Assembly (NCBI RefSeq): GCF_963921235.1
Contig: NC_086127.1
Coordinates: forward strand, 6,944,001 to 7,008,000
Source: Mobula hypostoma
Taxonomy: Eukaryota
Length of the DNA stretch: 64,000 bases
Direction: 5' to 3'
Notes under the pieces: model-generated
What the model was told of the DNA's origin: nothing
Seen by the model: the letters and a program-made list of their open reading frames with translations, nothing else
The model's database searches: none
Part shown: positions 38,599 through 50,811 of the stretch, piece after piece
How positions within the stretch are numbered: the stretch's first letter is position 1
Layout: each line of letters begins with the position of its first letter
Translations under genes and position numbers: made by a program

Positions 38599-39943
38599 GT
38601 AAGCTCACAGGCGAACTAATATCTGCAACTCTGAGCGTGCGGTCTTCGGACGGATCACTTAACGACAGCGTTGTGATGCCGGTGTATCAGTGATTGTGGT
38701 CCAGACATTGTGACAAAACTATCTGTTCGTTCAGAAGTTGCCTTGCTGACAAGTCTGTGGCCTCGGCTGAAACTAAGCTGGCAGTTGAAACAGATGTTGA
38801 GTGGACGATCGGCAAAGTGGATTCATCAATACGAAAGTGCTGGCAAAGTAAATTCCGATAATCCAGAGACCTCGTCACCTTTGTGAATTACTTTGTATTA
38901 TTCCGTACCAATAGCTGAATATGCTTTAAATTCAAATTAAAAGATATAGCGCTGTGCTTTAAAAATTGCTGCAAGCTTGAAGTGAACGGGGACGTGCTGG
39001 CATCACTCGTGAGTTAAACTCCGAACCATCAGGAGTTCTGAACATTAAAAACAAGAAGTGACTTTGTGCGTTTTAGAGTACCAGGGTTTGTTTCCACGCC
39101 CCGTTATCCGTGCAGTGAAGAGGAGGTTAGGTGCCAACCCAGCAGTGTCCGCTAGAGGTCAGGCGTGTTAAGGTTCATGCGATACTTCGCTCTGATACAA
39201 TAAACATTGAACTATTGAGAATAATGTTTCAGTAATTTGGAGCAACCCCTAAACGAGGCAGTTGTTTTGAAGTACCTATATCGTCTTTCCTTTGGAATTG
39301 GATGTTTGAAGATCCAACGTGCCAAATAGATGAACGGTCCCTAGCGTCAGGCAATATCCTTGAAATCTAAAACTGGAGCTGACTGATCAGATACTTTGAC
39401 ATAATGTGAAGGAATGCGGTCAGGATCAGCTGCAGAATTTAAAAAGAAGCGAGGCAAGCGGGCCCCTTGTGGGCGGCGAACAAACGGGTCGAGGAGGAGG
39501 AGACAAAGACACGCGATTGAGAAAAATAAATGTACGGAGGCGAAGGAGCCGGGGCTTAGCTGTATGCACAGAGTGACAGAACATAGGCGACGGGAACGGG
39601 GGAATCAACATCGCGGGCAACGTTGCCGAGGTATTCGGGCTATACATATTAGTAAAGAACCTGATGGTGGGAGATTTATGTTGATTTCTTCAATCCGCCG
39701 TCGGTGATCAGTTGACAATGCTTTCTTCCCAAATCCTGCTCATCGGCCAGTACCGTGTGTCGTATCCTTTCACCCAGCATGTACGCGTTTGAGGCAACCG
39801 CGGTTCCAGCTTTACACCTTTGAAACCTGGAGAAATAAGTTGTCTGCAAAGTTTGATTGTTGTCAATACTCAGCTTATTTCTCCCCCGAGTCTCACCGAG
39901 CGGCGTGACAGTAATTCCCTTACTATTGTTGCTGTTCCCCCAG

Positions 39944-40854
39944 TGAACTTAGTGGCAATTGTGATCCTGTCCCGGGAAAAGTGCGGCCTCTCCACCTGCA
40001 CCACTCGCTACCTGTTTGCCATGGCAACGGCTGATCTACTATCCATCATCTTTCAAGTCATCTTGTGGCGGATCAGTTATATTTACTTCCCCGGGACTTT
40101 CCTAGACATCACCCCCGTATGCAGTATGATCTCCGTCCTGGGACTGGCTGCCATAAAATGTTCTGTCTGGTTCACCGTCACTTTCACGTTTGACCGTTTT
40201 GTCACCATCTGCTGCCAGAAGCTGAAAGCCAGGTACTGCACCGGGAAAACTGCGGCTCTGGTTCTGACAACCGCAGGCGTTGTGTTCTCTTTTAGCAACG
40301 TGCCCCACTTCTTTATATACGAACCCTTTAAAGTGACCGACAATATACCCTGGGACTGCATTCGAAAGCCGAGCTACTATACGGATCCCGGGTGGCTTGG
40401 ATATAGGTGGCTTTCTACCGTTATAAACCCATTACTCCCGTTCGCATTGATACTACTGTTCAACGGTCTGACAGTTAGGCATGTTTTAGTGACTAGTCGC
40501 GTACGGAAGGGGCTGATAGGTCAGAAAAAGGCGGAAAACCGGAATGACCCGGAGATGGAGAGCAGGAGGAGGTCTGTAATCTTACTTCTCACCATCTCCG
40601 GAAGCTTCATCATCCTGTGGTCGGCAGATGTTGCCGAATTCCTTTATAATACAATCGCTGGACTGAATCAACATGAATACAACTCCTCAGAATACATATT
40701 TGAATACACCTCAGACTTTCTGCTGCTATTAAGTTGCTGCACAAACACATTTATTTATGGGGTGACTCAGTCCAAGTTCAGAGAGCAGTTCATCGGCGCA
40801 GTGAAATATCCGCTCACGTCAATTATTCAACTAGTGTATAAACAAAATATCTAA
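39944..40854 (+). CDS. GPR139-like GPCR gene D, exon 2 (spliced protein 325 aa, intact)
   Basis: Acceptor ttcccccag| at 39943; TM1b-TM7 plus helix 8 KFREQFI; AATAAA at 40931-40936. Confidence 0.92.
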
Positions 40855-41369
40855 GTTATTCCCGGAGTTAGTCGCACTGTTTTCCATCCTGACACCCACA
40901 GAACCAGCGATCATCAGAGAACATGTCGAGAATAAAATTGGTTCAGAACCCGAGAGAGACACGAAACAGGAACGGAATGCCCGGCACCCGCATCCCGCGA
41001 CCTCCACTTCCTACCAACTATTAAACTTATCCGAACTTTTATTTTCATATTTTTCACCAGATTCCCGATCTCGTCACCGCCACGTTCAGTTTGATAATGA
41101 CAGAGCGGGCCAGGATCGGGGGCATTCAAAACCAAGTCGGCGGAAATTTAACTCTGCATTACTGTAAAGTCTTGCAGAGGGATGAAACGAAAAATAAAGT
41201 CAATAGTTCACACGAACTCACAGTAAACCTTGCACTTGCCCTTCGCTTTAGATGAACGTGTTTGGAGAAATGCTTAACACTACAGAACTCGGGCACTGCT
41301 CTCCCAGTTATGCAGATTTCCATGGGAAGCCCCAATGCCGACACTGCTTCAGGGAAAGAATGTCATCTC

Positions 41370-42950
41370 ACTTCCTGATTTCTAATAAATTTCCATCAGA
41401 GAAAACTAATTGTTGAATCTCCTGTGCATTTCCTCCGGTATGTTTATTATTTTAATTCTCAACTAAATCTGAGAAACCTTGACGCGCCGACATAGACAAG
41501 CACACTCGTTTCTCAATTGCAGTGACCTTTCAAGCGATTGTAGTCGTGTTTATTATTCCGGTTTACATAAATATTGCCGTGTGCCCAATTGTTTAATGTT
41601 GTTGTGTAGTTACTTTACGTGAAATCAGCTGAAGATTTTACAACGGAGACATGTTCCATCGTCTTCCAATTCCCCCCTTTCACGTCAGCATATTTCTGGT
41701 TGTTTTCACTTCCCGATTCCTGTGCTTTGTCTGCGTTTGGACTGGCCATTCCTATTAAGTAAGTTGTTCTTGCTTGTTTATCCTGTGATATTATATCCGG
41801 ACGGGTATCATGTATTTCCCTATCTCTAATAATGGATCTGTCGTCATATAATTATAGGGCTCTGACTCTAAAACTAGATCAGGATTCTATTAATAGCAAT
41901 ATATAGTATCTTCCATGAGTTTGCATCTTAAAGCAAGATTTTGATGAATCTCCTTGGTAGTCACTCCAGCAAAATCACATGGTTACTATTAGTATTATTA
42001 TTTCTCGGCTAAATCTGACAAACCCTAACTTGCGGAGATAGCCAAACTCACTCATTTCTCAATTGACAGGGAGTTTCGGACTGTTCCAATGCTGTTTCGT
42101 ATTGTGGCTTTCTGGAGATTCACAGGAGTGTTATAGCCTAGGTTTAATTGTTGAATGTTACCGTGCAGTGACTTCGGAACAAAACCAGTTGTAGACGTTA
42201 AAATTGCGGCGATATATACACAGTTCACGTCGACAGTCTTTAAATTTCCTCTTGGAAGTCTGCATATTTCAGGTTTTTTTTCACGGATTGATTGCAGAAT
42301 GTTGTGTGTATTTGGAATAAAGATATCGATGAAGTAAGTTGTCCTTTCTTGTTTAGCCTGTACTGTTATATCCGGGCGGGTATTATGTTTTGTCCTATCT
42401 GTAGAAATAGATTGGACATAATATAGTCTTGGGAGTCTGACTCTAAAACTGGAACAGCTCTGTATTTATAGTAATATGTGGTATACTTTTCATGAGCCTG
42501 TGTTGAAAGAAAGATTTTGTTGAATGGTCTTTGCCAATTGATCATGCGAGTGTGAGTAATCAGATTGAGTTAAACTGCTGGAGGATCCTGGAATGTGCTA
42601 GATTGTTTCTGTCTCTGTTGGAATTTTCTGCATTTATCTTGTTCAATTTGTTGGTCTTTTATTGCGTATTTTTGATATATTTTTGTGTTAGTCTCTACTG
42701 TCAGAACAAACCACTCTGTTTCTGTGATGAGGTCTTTAACTCTGAGCCAGGCGGTGCCCGCTTCCTTGTCAACATCACTTCTGCTCAGTTGGTGGGGATA
42801 CCGTCCATGGAGGGTCATTCCCTCCCATTGGTTGAGATTTTGCTCTGCGGTTATAATTTCTTCGTATTTCTAGTTTGTACTTTCCTTCATGTTTAGTGGT
42901 GCGCACATCCGACAGGAATAGCATATGATCCGATAGAGTGCTGAATCCTG
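41370..42950 (-). mobile_element. Degenerate R4/Dong-like LINE fragments
   Basis: ORF 42570..42818 TLHGRYP..DVDKEAGTAWL..DLITETEWFV...DKCRK, same family as 14646..14960. Confidence 0.65.
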
Positions 42951-43674
42951 TTTTTATTGTTGAATATATACGCTTAGAAGGTTTACTGTGTGCGAACAGA
43001 GAGAATCAAACTCCACCCAACAGCCTGTTGGAGCGAGTGCAAATCCCTCACTATCTTCTTCCCTCTTCCCTCCACAGTCCGCTCATCTTCTCCGTCTTCC
43101 CCTTCCGACCCATCACTCACCACTCTTTTACCCCTCCCTAACACCTCACCACGCGTTCCTCTTTCTCTCCCTCTCTCTCTTTCAGCCTCGCTCCTCCACC
43201 CTCTCTTACCCTGCACTCCCTACTCTCGGTCTCCTTTTACCTTTTACTCAAGCACACTCCGCTTTCTCTCACTAACACTTCCCTTCTCCAGTTTCGGCCG
43301 ACACCCATGCCTCATTCACTGACCGGCATTGAATCTTTCCCCGTGATCATTCCAGGATAACACTCCTCCCTTTCAGTGTGCGATGGAGACAAAGACACAA
43401 AAGCTTCCAAGACAAATAATCTTAGCCTTCAAAGTGTGGAACTTTTGGAACTTGCAGGCATTCAGATCACGAGGAAGCAAAGGAAGGGGGTGGAGAGGAT
43501 CACAGGGACACATTGGGTTGTATTGTGGAGGCAGATTAGGAAGAGAGGGAGAAACTGGGGGAGAGGGCACTGCTGGGAAGGAACTGGGGAAGAGTTGAGA
43601 AGGGCGAATCTGTCAAGGGAGAGAGAGAGCTTGAGGGTGTGAGAGGAACCGGGTGGAAAAGTGGGGGAAGAGAG

Positions 43675-44105
43675 GCGTTGGAGATTGAGAGAGGGGGAGA
43701 TTGAAAAATGGGGAGATTGAAGACGGGGAGATTGAGAGAGGGGGAGATTGAAAAATGGGGAGATTGAAGACGGGGAGATTGAGAGACGGGGTGATTGAGA
43801 GACGGGGAGATTGAGATATAGGGAGAGTGAGAGACGGGGAGAGTGAGAGAGGGGGAGATTGGGAGACGGGGAGATTGAGAGGCGGGGAGATTGTGAGACG
43901 GGGAGAGTGAGAGATGGGGAGATTGGGAGATGTGGAGATTGAGTGACGGGGAGATTGGGAGACGTGGAGATTGAGAGATGGGGAGATTGAGAGACGGGGA
44001 AAGTGAGAGACGGGGAGATTGAGGGACGGGAAGATTGGGAGACGGGGAGATTGAGAGATGGGAATATTGAGAGACGGCGAGATTGGGAGATGGGGCGAGA
44101 GACGG
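43675..44105 (+). repeat. Purine-rich minisatellite, about 16-bp unit GGGGAGATTGAGAGAC
   Basis: About 25 degenerate units. Confidence 0.9.
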
Positions 44106-44419
44106 GGTAGTTGGAGAGACAGATGCGAGGGACACTTGATGTGAGCAGACTTGGGAGTCATAAAGACGCTGGGCGCAGAGAATATTTGGGTAGAAATGGA
44201 GACAGGGATACAGCGGAGGGCAAGCGAGCCGGAGGAAAGATAATGACGAGAGCATAGAGAAACAGTAGAAAGCGGGACGGCTCTGGAAGGTCTTAATTCA
44301 TCTCGATTGATCACTTGAACTACTTATCCAAGACATTCATAACATGCATTGAAATTAACATTTTAGTGTGATTCGCTCTGTTCCAGCAGCGTAGGAGGAA
44401 TAAACACGAATGTCAGAGG

Positions 44420-44860
44420 CCCAGTATCCGTCCCAAACTAATCCCACTGCCCCACTGTTGTCCTACCTCCTGTCAGTCCGGAAATTAATCACAAAGCCCC
44501 ACTCTGTGCCCACAGCCCCGTGTCAGTGCCCATACTAATCCCACCGCCCCGTGACAGTCCTTAAACTAATCTCACAACTCCACGTCAGTCCCCATACTAA
44601 TCCCACAGTCTTGCGTCAGTCCCCAAATTAATCCCATTGCCCGACTCTCTCCCTGCACCGCACACATGCTCCCGTGCACAAAGCCATTTTGACGCACAGC
44701 TGGAATTTAATTTTACATAATAATATGATTTCATATAAATTTCGATCTAGTATTGCAAGCAGCAAATTATTGAAAGTAGCGATCCAATGTGCCTGTACCT
44801 AAATTAATTCCATTGCCCCGCTCTTTCCCGACAGCCCTCTGTTAGTCCCCAAACTAATTA
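44420..44860 (+). repeat. Degenerate minisatellite (cagtccc.aaactaatccca...)
   Basis: The motif recurs about 8 times. Confidence 0.65.
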
Positions 44861-45339
44861 GTTGGCGAAGGGGATTCAAGATGCTATCAGGTTCAATCGC
44901 CGGTGCATAAATTGGGAACCGATGTGCTGTGGGAAAAGAAAAAAAAGTTACTGTCACAGTTTCTTTTCAATAGCGTTTATAGCAGTGACAGTGTGAAAGA
45001 TCTCCTCGTATCTATTACTTCTGGCGTCGATATTGCGCCTGTTATTCAAATCATTCAAACTGTGTATAAACACTCAGGTAATTGATTTCCTGATGATGTT
45101 AAGAGAACGTTAAGGTTTTGAAACTGTTGCTATGGCAAATGTAACCATTTTTGAACTTAGAAAAGGAACTGTTGTACGACTAACAAAAAATACCTCGACT
45201 GCTGCTCTGAACTACAACAAAGGTGTTGCCTCTAAAATAGAGCAGCATTTTCTCACGCCGCGCAGTTTTCAGGCTGTGGTAACATTTCTTGCTCAGAACA
45301 ATGGTTGCCCGCATAGCTGTTAAAAAAAGATAGGGGAAC

Positions 45340-45945
45340 GTTGCCGGCCACAGCAGTAGTGTCAGAGGATTGGAACGTGGAAAATATTATTTCTTTGTTC
45401 AAGAAATGGAGTAAGGATAACACTGAAAATTATTGTGCAGCGAATCTTACTTCAGTGGTGGACACGATCCTTAAAGACTGGATTGAAGAGAGTTTGGAGA
45501 AGCATAGCCTGATTAGAGTCGTCAGCATGGCTTTGTCAGGGGAAAGGTCATGTCTCACAAGGCTGGCTGAATTCCGTGAGAAAGTGAGAAAGCTCGGTAG
45601 AGAAGCTGGGATGATATTAATGGATTTTAGTGAGGTATTTGATATGGATCACCATGGTAGAAATTCAGTAGGCATGGTATCGATATAAAGTTGGCCAGTG
45701 GATTCAGAACGGGTTTGCCCACTGGAGGCAGACAATAGATGTGCATGAAACGTATTCTCCCTGGAGGTTAGTGACCAGTGGTGTTGTGCAGAGATCTGTT
45801 TTGGGACCCCCTGCCTTTTGAGTGCTATGAAGATATGACTTGGGTGAGGAAGCGGAAGGTTGGCGTCAGTAAGTTTGTAGATAATCTGGAGGTTGGTGGA
45901 GTTGTGGATAGTGTAGAAGGAGATTGACAAGATGCTGGTGTTCAA
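45340..45945 (+). mobile_element. Degenerate CR1 RT fragment
   Basis: EDW.VENIISLFKK...NY...LTSVV...SCLT...MDFS.VFD. Confidence 0.75.
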
Positions 45946-46559
45946 GTAAGTTCATTGCGTTCCTTTGATTACCAAAAGCACACAGCAGATAGAAGATTGC
46001 ACGAATAGAACATATTGTTGCAGAAGACATGCAGTCACAAAGGAAGAAATATAGCCCATCCCCGTGAGTAGCACAACTGCCGATTGTCCTCGTTCAACTT
46101 GCGCGTCCACTGAATAAACACTGGAGGGCAGCACAGAGCGAACGCTGGAGGGCAGCTCTGACAGGAGCATTCAGCCCCCCACCCAGCAAGATTCCTGAAT
46201 GCCCATCCCGACCCTTGCTCTCTCCCCTGCGTGGTGGCAACAGACTGCTTGGTCCAATGCGATTCTGCGACGAGGACCTAGAGCTGGCTACAGCCGAAAT
46301 AATGCACTTCCCCCACCGTCGGTCTCGCCAATGAACCAGCGAACTGGACATGTAGTTTTCTGTTACCAATGTCCAATGATTCAATGAAAACATCCGATAA
46401 TCATTCGCTCCACTCGTTGGACAGAGCACCGTCTTGGCAAGGTGACAACACAACAGCAGTGCAGAATAAATCCAGCTCCATCGCTGTCCAGCAACTCGCT
46501 GATGGGTCTATAATACTATAGGTCGATAATATCATCCTCTCAAAACTAATAAAAAGGTC

Positions 46560-46790
46560 TGAAACACACATGAATTGCTGGAGAAACTCACGAGGCCAGA
46601 CAACATCCATGGAAAGAGGTACCAGCCCTGAAGTAGTTTAAATCTTACTGCTCTGCGAAGTCTCTTCCAGGGATGCCTACCTGAAGAATTTTTGATCTTT
46701 TCCATAGAATGTTCCTGGCCTACTGATATCCTCCAGTATTTTGTGTGTTGCTTGGATTTCCAGCAACTGCGGATTTTCTCTGGTTTGCTA
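46560..46790. mobile_element. Old inverted pair of Penelope pLTR fragments
   Basis: acacacatgaattgctggagaaactca..aggccag...catccatggaaa mirrored by tttccatag...ctggcct.ctga..tcctccagtattttgtgtgt. Confidence 0.55.
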
Positions 46791-49612
46791 ATGACCTCAC
46801 ACCTCCCTTGTGCAACTGAATCCACAGTTTCGTTGCATGCAGACCCCAGTTAGTTCAGTTTGGCGCAACATTTTCTCCACAATAGCACGCAGCATAATGT
46901 GCGCATACTGCCGGTTACAGTTGCTATGACTATGACTATGACTATAAGTGCATGGAAGAAGAATACGGTGCATCTGAGTCCGGAATGATAGTCCGTAAGT
47001 ATAGGGAGAATTTGTTGGCTCAGGGGCTGTATTCAATGGAGTTCAGAGGGATGGAATAAGTTTGAGGGAGTAGTTATTTAAAGCTACCGAATGCTGAAAA
47101 GCCTGCATACAGTAAACATGGAGAGGATGTTTCCATATGTCCGAGAGACTGGGGTCCGTGAGCACATCCTGAGAATAAAAGAAAACAACTTTCTTTTAAA
47201 ACTAAGATAAAAGATATTTTTCTTTTGTTCTGAACCAAAGCATGGTTGATCTGTGCAATTTGTTGCCACATATATGGTGGACGCTGTCATTGGGTATACT
47301 TATGGCAATGTTTGATATTTTCTTGATAGCTAAGTGGCTTCAGTGTTACAGGAGGAAGGCAGAAATATGGTGCTTGTGGGAAAAGTCATCAACCATGATG
47401 AGATGCTGGAGCATACCAGATGGACCGAATGGCCCAATTCTGCTCCTATATCTAATGTCTTATCACGACTGAACGACGACTCTTTCCTATCCCTTATCAG
47501 GTTTTGTGAAGCGTGAGGGATAATTACAGATTTGCACACAGAGATATTTATATTTGTCGTTAACATTTAAATTTCAGTGAGATTTGCTTTTGGAAACATT
47601 GAGAAGAAATGTTTTGTTCTGTTTTGAATTCTTAACGTGCCTCGTTATCTCTCTGGTTAAAGTTTGGCCTACGGTGAGAGATTTATCGGAAGAAAAGCCC
47701 CAACTGAAGAAAAAGGAAATACAACAAGTGAACCAGCCCGAGGACTGATAACATCAATTGGAGAGAACCCTTCTGGGTCAGGGTTTCCATTGATTCAGTC
47801 CGGAGAAAGTTTGGTGAGTCTCATTTACTCAAAGACTGGTCCTTTACAAATTACATATCTGCACAACGGAACGTAAGAAATAGCTGGAGTGAGACTGAAT
47901 GTGCCCAGGAGTACCGGTTATGCCTCTGTCAGAGTCAGTTGCAATAATGCCATGTCTGGTAAGGTGCTGTCAGCAGTCCAACTCTTTAAAGCCACTCACA
48001 TCTTCTCAGAATGCTGGCTTATTTCATGGTCTTGAACTTTCTGAAGTAGGTTTTATTCAGATCTGATGTTTCCTTGTTTGGTTGTGTTACATCATAATCA
48101 TCTCAAAATGGGTTGACAATTTCCTCCCTTTACCAGATGCCCCAAGTGCTTTGTGCTGCAATGATTGCAGAAATGTGGAATGACCATGAACTACAGCAAC
48201 ACGTCCTTGATTCCTCTGGCTGTTGCAAGCTGCAATGATATACTTACCCCCGAGGATATCGTTGTGTAAGCCTCTGCTGAGAGCAAGCCTTTTGGAGAAA
48301 AAAACCCGTCTCAATAGCACATTTCCTTCTGTCCTATCTAACAAACGCCAACCAGTAATTTTCATTTACATACGCAAGTCTCGTCAAGTACATTTCTACA
48401 AATTAAATTGACAGTACCTATAAACCTGAATTGAACAGGAATAGGTATTGGAAGGAAGCTATGTTCCCATTTGAGCCAGCGATATATCCGTACTTGAGAT
48501 GAACCAATGTCCCTGCAGGCAGGTCTTCTGCAGCTGCCGGGATCGGTTTATCTCGGATGGCAGATGGGGGAGAAACCCAGTGTTAGTTCAGAAGATGGAG
48601 CAGTTGATTTAAAAGTAGATGCAATATTCAGAGAGACTGTGGAATGATTTGCTGTGGACAGGGCATTATATAGTCAGCTGGATGGGTTGAAATGTGATTA
48701 ATTTAATACAAGAAGTATTAAGAATAAAAGTAACCGAGGACATAGTTCAGTGCATACATGGTACCATGACACGGACTTGACTTATAAGACCACGATTGGT
48801 TGTTTAATGTTCTAGGGTTTAGTTGTTTCAAAATGCATGTGGAAGGCGGTGAAAGGGTGACAAGTGTTATTGCTAATCAGGGATGGTATTACATCTACAG
48901 AAACAGAAGATATGGTGGAGAGACCTTCCATAGATTCGGTGTGGGTGAGGGTAAGAAGCAGGAAGGGAACAATTACTCTGGGAGTATTCGATATGCATGC
49001 CCACTAGCAACACACTGCCCCCGCAATGGCCACCGGGACAATGAGCAGTTGAAAAGCTCACACCTTTTTGGGACGGTGCAAATATATCAGGGTTGGCATC
49101 ACTGGTTATTTAAACTTTCCTAATAATGATTCCCACCTCCTTACTCGAAGATGTTTCAATGTAGGTGAATGTGTTATCTGTGTCGAGAAAGGTTTCCTGA
49201 CATAGTATATGGATGGGTCAACTGGAGTAGATGTCATACTGTATCTAGTTCTAGTTTCAGTCGAAGCAAGCAGCTGAGAAGAAGGGAGTGAAGAAATCGG
49301 GTAGAAAAAGTCGTGTTTTTTTTAAACACTGCTCGGGGAGAAGGGTCTGCACTGCGCAGGCGCGTGACGTAGCGCGCCAAGGTTTAAAAGCAGACACCAT
49401 ATACAGCGGCGATCATCGGAGATGGACTGAGTCAGAGTGGGACGGCTTTGGCTCAACAGGTTTCGACGAGAACAGGCAGAGTCCAGAAAAGGTTCCGGTA
49501 AGTTTTTTAAACGCAAACAACAGGAATTCTGCAGATGCTGGAAATTCAAGCAACACACATCAAAGTTGCTGGTGAACGCAGGAGGCCAAGCAGCATCTAT
49601 AGGAAGAGGCGC

Positions 49613-49648
49613 AGTCGACGTTTCAGGCCGAGACCCTTCGTCAGGACT
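49613..49648 (-). ncRNA. Minimal hammerhead ribozyme in Penelope pLTR
   Basis: Exact reverse complement of 50776-50811. Confidence 0.75.
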
Positions 49649-50775
49649 AACTGAAGGAAGAGTGAGTAAGGGATTTGAAAGCTGGAGGGGGAGGGGGAGA
49701 TGCAAAATGATAGGAGAAGACAGGAGGAGGAGGGATAGAGCCGAGAGCTGGACAGGTGATAGGCAAAAGGGGATACGAGAGGATCATGGGACAGGAGATC
49801 CGGGAAGAAAGACGGGGGGGTGGGGGTGACCCAGAGGATGGGAAAGAGGTATATTCAGAGGGACAGAGGGAGAAAAAGGAGAGTGAGAGAAAGAATGTGT
49901 GCATAAAAATGAGTAACAGATGGGGTACGAGGGGGAGGTGGGGCCTAGCGGAAGTTAGAGAAGTCAATGTTCATGCCATCAGGTTGGAGGCTACCCAGAC
50001 AGAATATAAGGTGTTGTTCCTCCAACCTGAGTGTGGCTTCATCTTTACAGTAGAGGAGGCCGTGGATAGACATGTCAGAATGGGAATGGGATGTGGAATT
50101 AAAATGTGTGGCCACTGGGAGATCCTGCTTTCTCTGGCGGACAGAGCGTAGATGTTCAGCAAAGCGGTCTCCCAGTCTGCGTCGGGTCTCACCAATATAT
50201 AAAAGGCCACATCGGGAGCACCGGACGCAGTATATCACCCCAGTCGACTCACAGGTGAAGTGATGCCCCACCTGGAAGGACTGTTTGGGGCCCTGAATGG
50301 TGGTAAGGGAGGAAGTGTAAGGGCATGTGTAGCACTTGTTCCGCTTACACGGATAGGTGCCAGGAGGGAGATCAGTGGGGAGGGATGGGGGGGACGAATG
50401 GACAAGGGAGTTGTGTAGGGAGCGATCCCTGCGGAATGCAGAGAGAGGTGGGGAGGGAAAGATGTGCTTAGTGGTGGGATCCCGTTGGAGGTGGCGGAAG
50501 TTACGGAGATGTTACTCATTTTTATGCACACGTTCTTTCTCTCACTCTCCTTTTTCTCCCTCTGTCCCTCTGAATATACCTCTTGCCCATCCTCTGGGTC
50601 ACCCCCCCCCGTCTTTCTTCCCGGACCTCCTGTCCCATGATCCTCTCGTATTCCCTTTTGCCTATCACCTGTCCAGCTCTCGGCTCTATCCCTCCCCCTC
50701 CTGTCTTCTCCTATCATTTTGCATCTCCCCCTCCCCCTCCAGCTTTCAAATCCCTTACTCACTCTTCCTTCAGTT

Positions 50776-50811
50776 AGTCCTGACGAAGGGTCTCGGCCTG
50801 AAACGTCGACT
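50776..50811 (+). ncRNA. Minimal hammerhead ribozyme in the inverted pLTR
   Basis: AGTC (stem I), CTGACGA, AGG/CCT (stem II), GAAAC, GTC, GACT (stem I'); predicted cleavage after 50807. Confidence 0.75.

Larger units (their letters stand above)
37493..42337 (+). repeat. Segmental duplication copy B; paralogous to 1-4843
   Basis: Same alignment; ORF-track peptides such as 1201..1392 and 38687..38878 are identical. Confidence 0.95.

Noticed and set aside
43536-44314. Long Ser/Pro-rich ORFs on the minus strand
   Set aside because: Translation of a stop-poor 16-bp minisatellite.
46118-46160. Two CTGGAGGGCAGC CTCF-like repeats
   Set aside because: Mismatches at key core positions, and they lie in what looks like decayed retroelement sequence.
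47663-47813. Possible orphan exon (ag|TTTGGCC...TTTG|gtgagt)
   Set aside because: Good donor but weak acceptor, no recognisable peptide and no partner exons; needs RNA-seq.
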